In this document: piece by piece, positions 8,277-10,154 of the stretch
How positions within the stretch are numbered: position 1 is the first letter of the stretch
Layout: every line of letters starts with the position of its first letter
NCBI RefSeq assembly: GCF_006345805.1
Contig: NW_021827628.1
Span: 1 to 10,154 of the forward strand
Direction of reading: 5' to 3'
DNA length: 10,154 nucleotides
DNA from: Octopus sinensis
Taxonomy: Eukaryota
Notes under the pieces: model-generated
Seen by the model: the letters and a program-made list of their open reading frames with translations, nothing else
Databases searched by the model: none
Told to the model about the DNA's origin: nothing
Position numbers and translations under genes: made by a program

Positions 8277-8284
8277 ATAGATGT
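8187..8284. repeat. Compound (TG)n/(GA)n microsatellite
   Basis: Directly visible. Confidence 0.96.
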
Positions 8285-8444
8285 AGACATGCAAAAACGA
8301 GAGAAACGTTGTTTTTATATCCGCAAAATTGCCTCCATATCTGCCCAACCGGATCCCTTTTAATAGCCATTCTTTCTTGACCCCGTGGAATTGATCCCCT
8401 GGAAGACACCGGAAACTAGGTTTCTATCTAATTTTGAGCATTGT

Positions 8445-8480
8445 TAATGTGTATGTGTGTGTGTGTGGTGTGTGTGTGTG
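8445..8480. repeat. (TG)n microsatellite
   Basis: Directly visible, imperfect. Confidence 0.9.
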
Positions 8481-8486
8481 GGTAAA

Positions 8487-8532
8487 TTCTCTCTAATTTC
8501 AGTTCAAGGGCTGCGGCCATGCTGGGCCCGCC
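8487..8532 (-). mobile_element. SINE family B 3' terminus fragment
   Basis: The reverse complement reads ggcgggcccagcatggccgcagcccttgaactgaaattagagag. It matches ctgcggccatgctggg at 8844-8859. Confidence 0.7.
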
Positions 8533-8669
8533 ATTTCCTTTGCTACAACACTTTCACTAAGCCCCGTCTGATATGTGACAATTGGTAGATGAGGGAGTTT
8601 GACGTTGCTGCCCTCGCCTCTGTTTCTTGCCTCGAGGTAGTTTCATCCGGAACTCTTGACAGAAGGAGG

Positions 8670-8672
8670 ATG

Positions 8673-8707
<35 letters not shown>
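8670..8707. repeat. (TA)/(TG)n microsatellite
   Basis: Directly visible. Confidence 0.93.
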
Positions 8708-8708
<1 letters not shown>

Positions 8709-8811
8709 TACAGAAAAGCATGCGTACGGCCATATCCTTATATTGAGAAATCACATTAAGATGTTACTTTCAGGAAATATTTTGCTATCCCGGTATTTGA
8801 GGGAATTAGAG

Positions 8812-9047
8812 CTTTTTACCCTTTTCTGGCTTCAGTTACGTGACTGCGGCCATGCTGGGGCAGCGCCTTGAAGAATTTTAGACGAACGCATCAGTCCTAC
8901 TACTTATTTTGTCTAAGCCTGCTACTTACTCTATCGTTCTCTTTTACTGAACCGCTAGAAAACGGGGAGGTAAATAAACCAACACCTGCTGTCAAACGGT
9001 TGGTGGTGGTGGTGATGGTGAAACACAGACACAAACACACATACACA
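8812..9047 (-). mobile_element. SINE family B 3' half
   Basis: The reverse complement reads tgtgtttgtgtctgtgttt...tttgacagcaggtgttggtttatttacctccccg...ctagcggttcagtaaaagagaacgatagagtaagtag...aaggcgctgccccagcatggccgcagtcacgtaactgaag. I recognise this as a cephalopod SINE body. Confidence 0.85.
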
Positions 9048-9054
9048 TTAGGAA

Positions 9055-9079
9055 TGTGTGTGTGTATGTGTGTGTGTGT

Positions 9080-9117
<38 letters not shown>
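9055..9117. repeat. (TG)n microsatellite
   Basis: Directly visible. Confidence 0.97.
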
Positions 9118-9118
<1 letters not shown>

Positions 9119-9656
9119 CCTACATGCTACTAGTAACATGTAACCCAGTACAACCTGTTGCATGGTCGGGTCGTCGGCGACTAAACCGGCAACCCCACAA
9201 AGCTTGTTTGGTGAGGAGGGTGTTTATTGGAAACCCTGCGGGGATGAAAAAACAACAACCGTCAAAGGGCGAGGAACTCTTGAGAGTCAACGGCCATCCA
9301 ATAAATGTCTTAAGGCTGTATCATGCGCGGGGACATAGAAAATAATGGACTGAATACCCGATCGCGCGGTTAAACGTTGGGAGTGAAGGACTCCTAGCCT
9401 TTTTTAGGGCATCCTTCTAGGAGAAGGTAACTCAGGTAACTGGGATAACTCCGACATAAACCTGCGGCTAAGTAGTGGTACCGATGATGCTGACTGGTTC
9501 TTCTTTTCGGATTATGGCTGCTGTTGCTTAGTGAGTGGGATGGACTCAGTGCACAGCCTTTCCTCACTTAAAAATCTTCTTGCACAGGCATTGCACGATA
9601 ACAACATTGATTAAGCTTCGTGCAATGGCCATATCGATAACGAGGGGGCAGCCATC
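9118..9656 (+). mobile_element. ~540-bp non-coding interspersed element (possibly RTE 5'UTR-related, non-autonomous) inserted within a family-B SINE
   Basis: A complex-sequence, GC-richer island lies between the two halves of one SINE. 'ctaggagaaggtaactc' resembles a motif I recall from RTE 5' UTRs. It has a terminal hairpin at 9589-9627 and is followed by (ATGT)n. Orientation and class are inferred. Confidence 0.5.
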
Positions 9657-9957
9657 ATGTATGTATGTATGCATTTATGCATGCATGTATGTATGTATGT
9701 ATGTATGTATGTAGTATGTATGTATGTATGTATGCATGCATGCATGTATGTATGTTGTATGTATGTATGGATGTATGTATGTATGTAGTTTGTATTTGTA
9801 TGTATGTATGTATGTAGTATGTTGTATGGATGATGTATGTTTGTATGTATGTATGTATGTTTGTATGTATGTTGGTGTGTATTTATGTTTGTATGTATGT
9901 ATGTATGTATGTATGTGTGTGTTGTATGTATGTATGTATGTACATGTATATGTACCT
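9657..9957. repeat. ~300-bp imperfect (TATG)n array
   Basis: Directly visible. Confidence 0.97.
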
Positions 9958-9958
9958 G

Positions 9959-10115
9959 CGACGGGCTTCTTTCAGTTTCTCTTTACCAATCACTCACAAG
10001 GCTTTGGGCGCCCCAAGGCTATAAGCAGAAGACCCTTGGCCCAAGTTGCCACGCAATGGGACTGAACTGAATTAATGGGAGACAAACGTCTTACCCAACA
10101 GCCACGTCTGCACCT
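9959..10115 (-). mobile_element. SINE family B 5' half (tRNA-like head)
   Basis: The reverse complement reads aggtgcagacgtggctgttgggtaag...gttcagtcccattgcgtggcaacttgggccaagggtcttc...aaagccttgtgagtgattggtaaagagaaactgaaagaagcccgtcg. It is homologous to 4991-5148. Confidence 0.87.
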
Positions 10116-10154
10116 ATATGTATATGCAAGTGTATGTATGTGTACATGTATGTG

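Noticed and set aside
8545-8660. Possible minus-strand exon (…EFRMKLPRGKKQRRGQQRQ…)
   Set aside because: Splice signals are weak, there is no recognisable homology, and there is no supporting neighbouring exon.
9255-9300. HDV-like ribozyme on the minus strand (TTCCTCGC loop plus ggccgttga/ttgacggtt stem)
   Set aside because: P3 does not close, and I found no P1.1 GG or P2 partner. The fold is not supported by eye.
8026-10070. ORFs rich in HT/CV/MYVC repeats
   Set aside because: They are translations of (TG)n and (TATG)n plus SINE sequence.
1-10154. CRISPR array, DNA transposon TIRs or LTR pair
   Set aside because: I found no regularly spaced repeat-spacer units, terminal inverted repeats or long direct terminal repeats.

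Overview
Non-genic, repeat-saturated eukaryotic DNA. It is most likely from an octopus or other coleoid cephalopod, judged from recognition of the SINE sequences (not database-verified). I can support no intact host protein-coding gene, RNA gene or CRISPR array. By hand estimate about a fifth to a quarter of the window is microsatellite, and most long ORFs in the track are microsatellite read-through artefacts. Real coding remnants are all decayed non-LTR retrotransposons. The clearest are a 5'-truncated L1/Tx1-clade ORF2 3' end with a CCHC knuckle (3441-4462, -) and an RTE-clade ORF2 3' end carrying up to three C2H2 zinc fingers (5330-6191, -). Weaker candidates are a CR1/L2-like relic (70-265) and an ORF-like AT-rich relic (2689-3341). 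Two tRNA-derived SINE families (here called A and B) occur as about 12 fragments. The most notable structure is nesting: a SINE with a 14-bp TSD splits an RTE zinc finger, a Tx1-like LINE appears inserted in the (ATC)n tail of a related LINE, SINEs are stacked head-to-tail, and a family-B SINE is split by a ~540-bp non-coding element. I see no firmly supportable novel biological system. The multi-C2H2 RTE terminus and the apparent tail/microsatellite targeting are the best leads.
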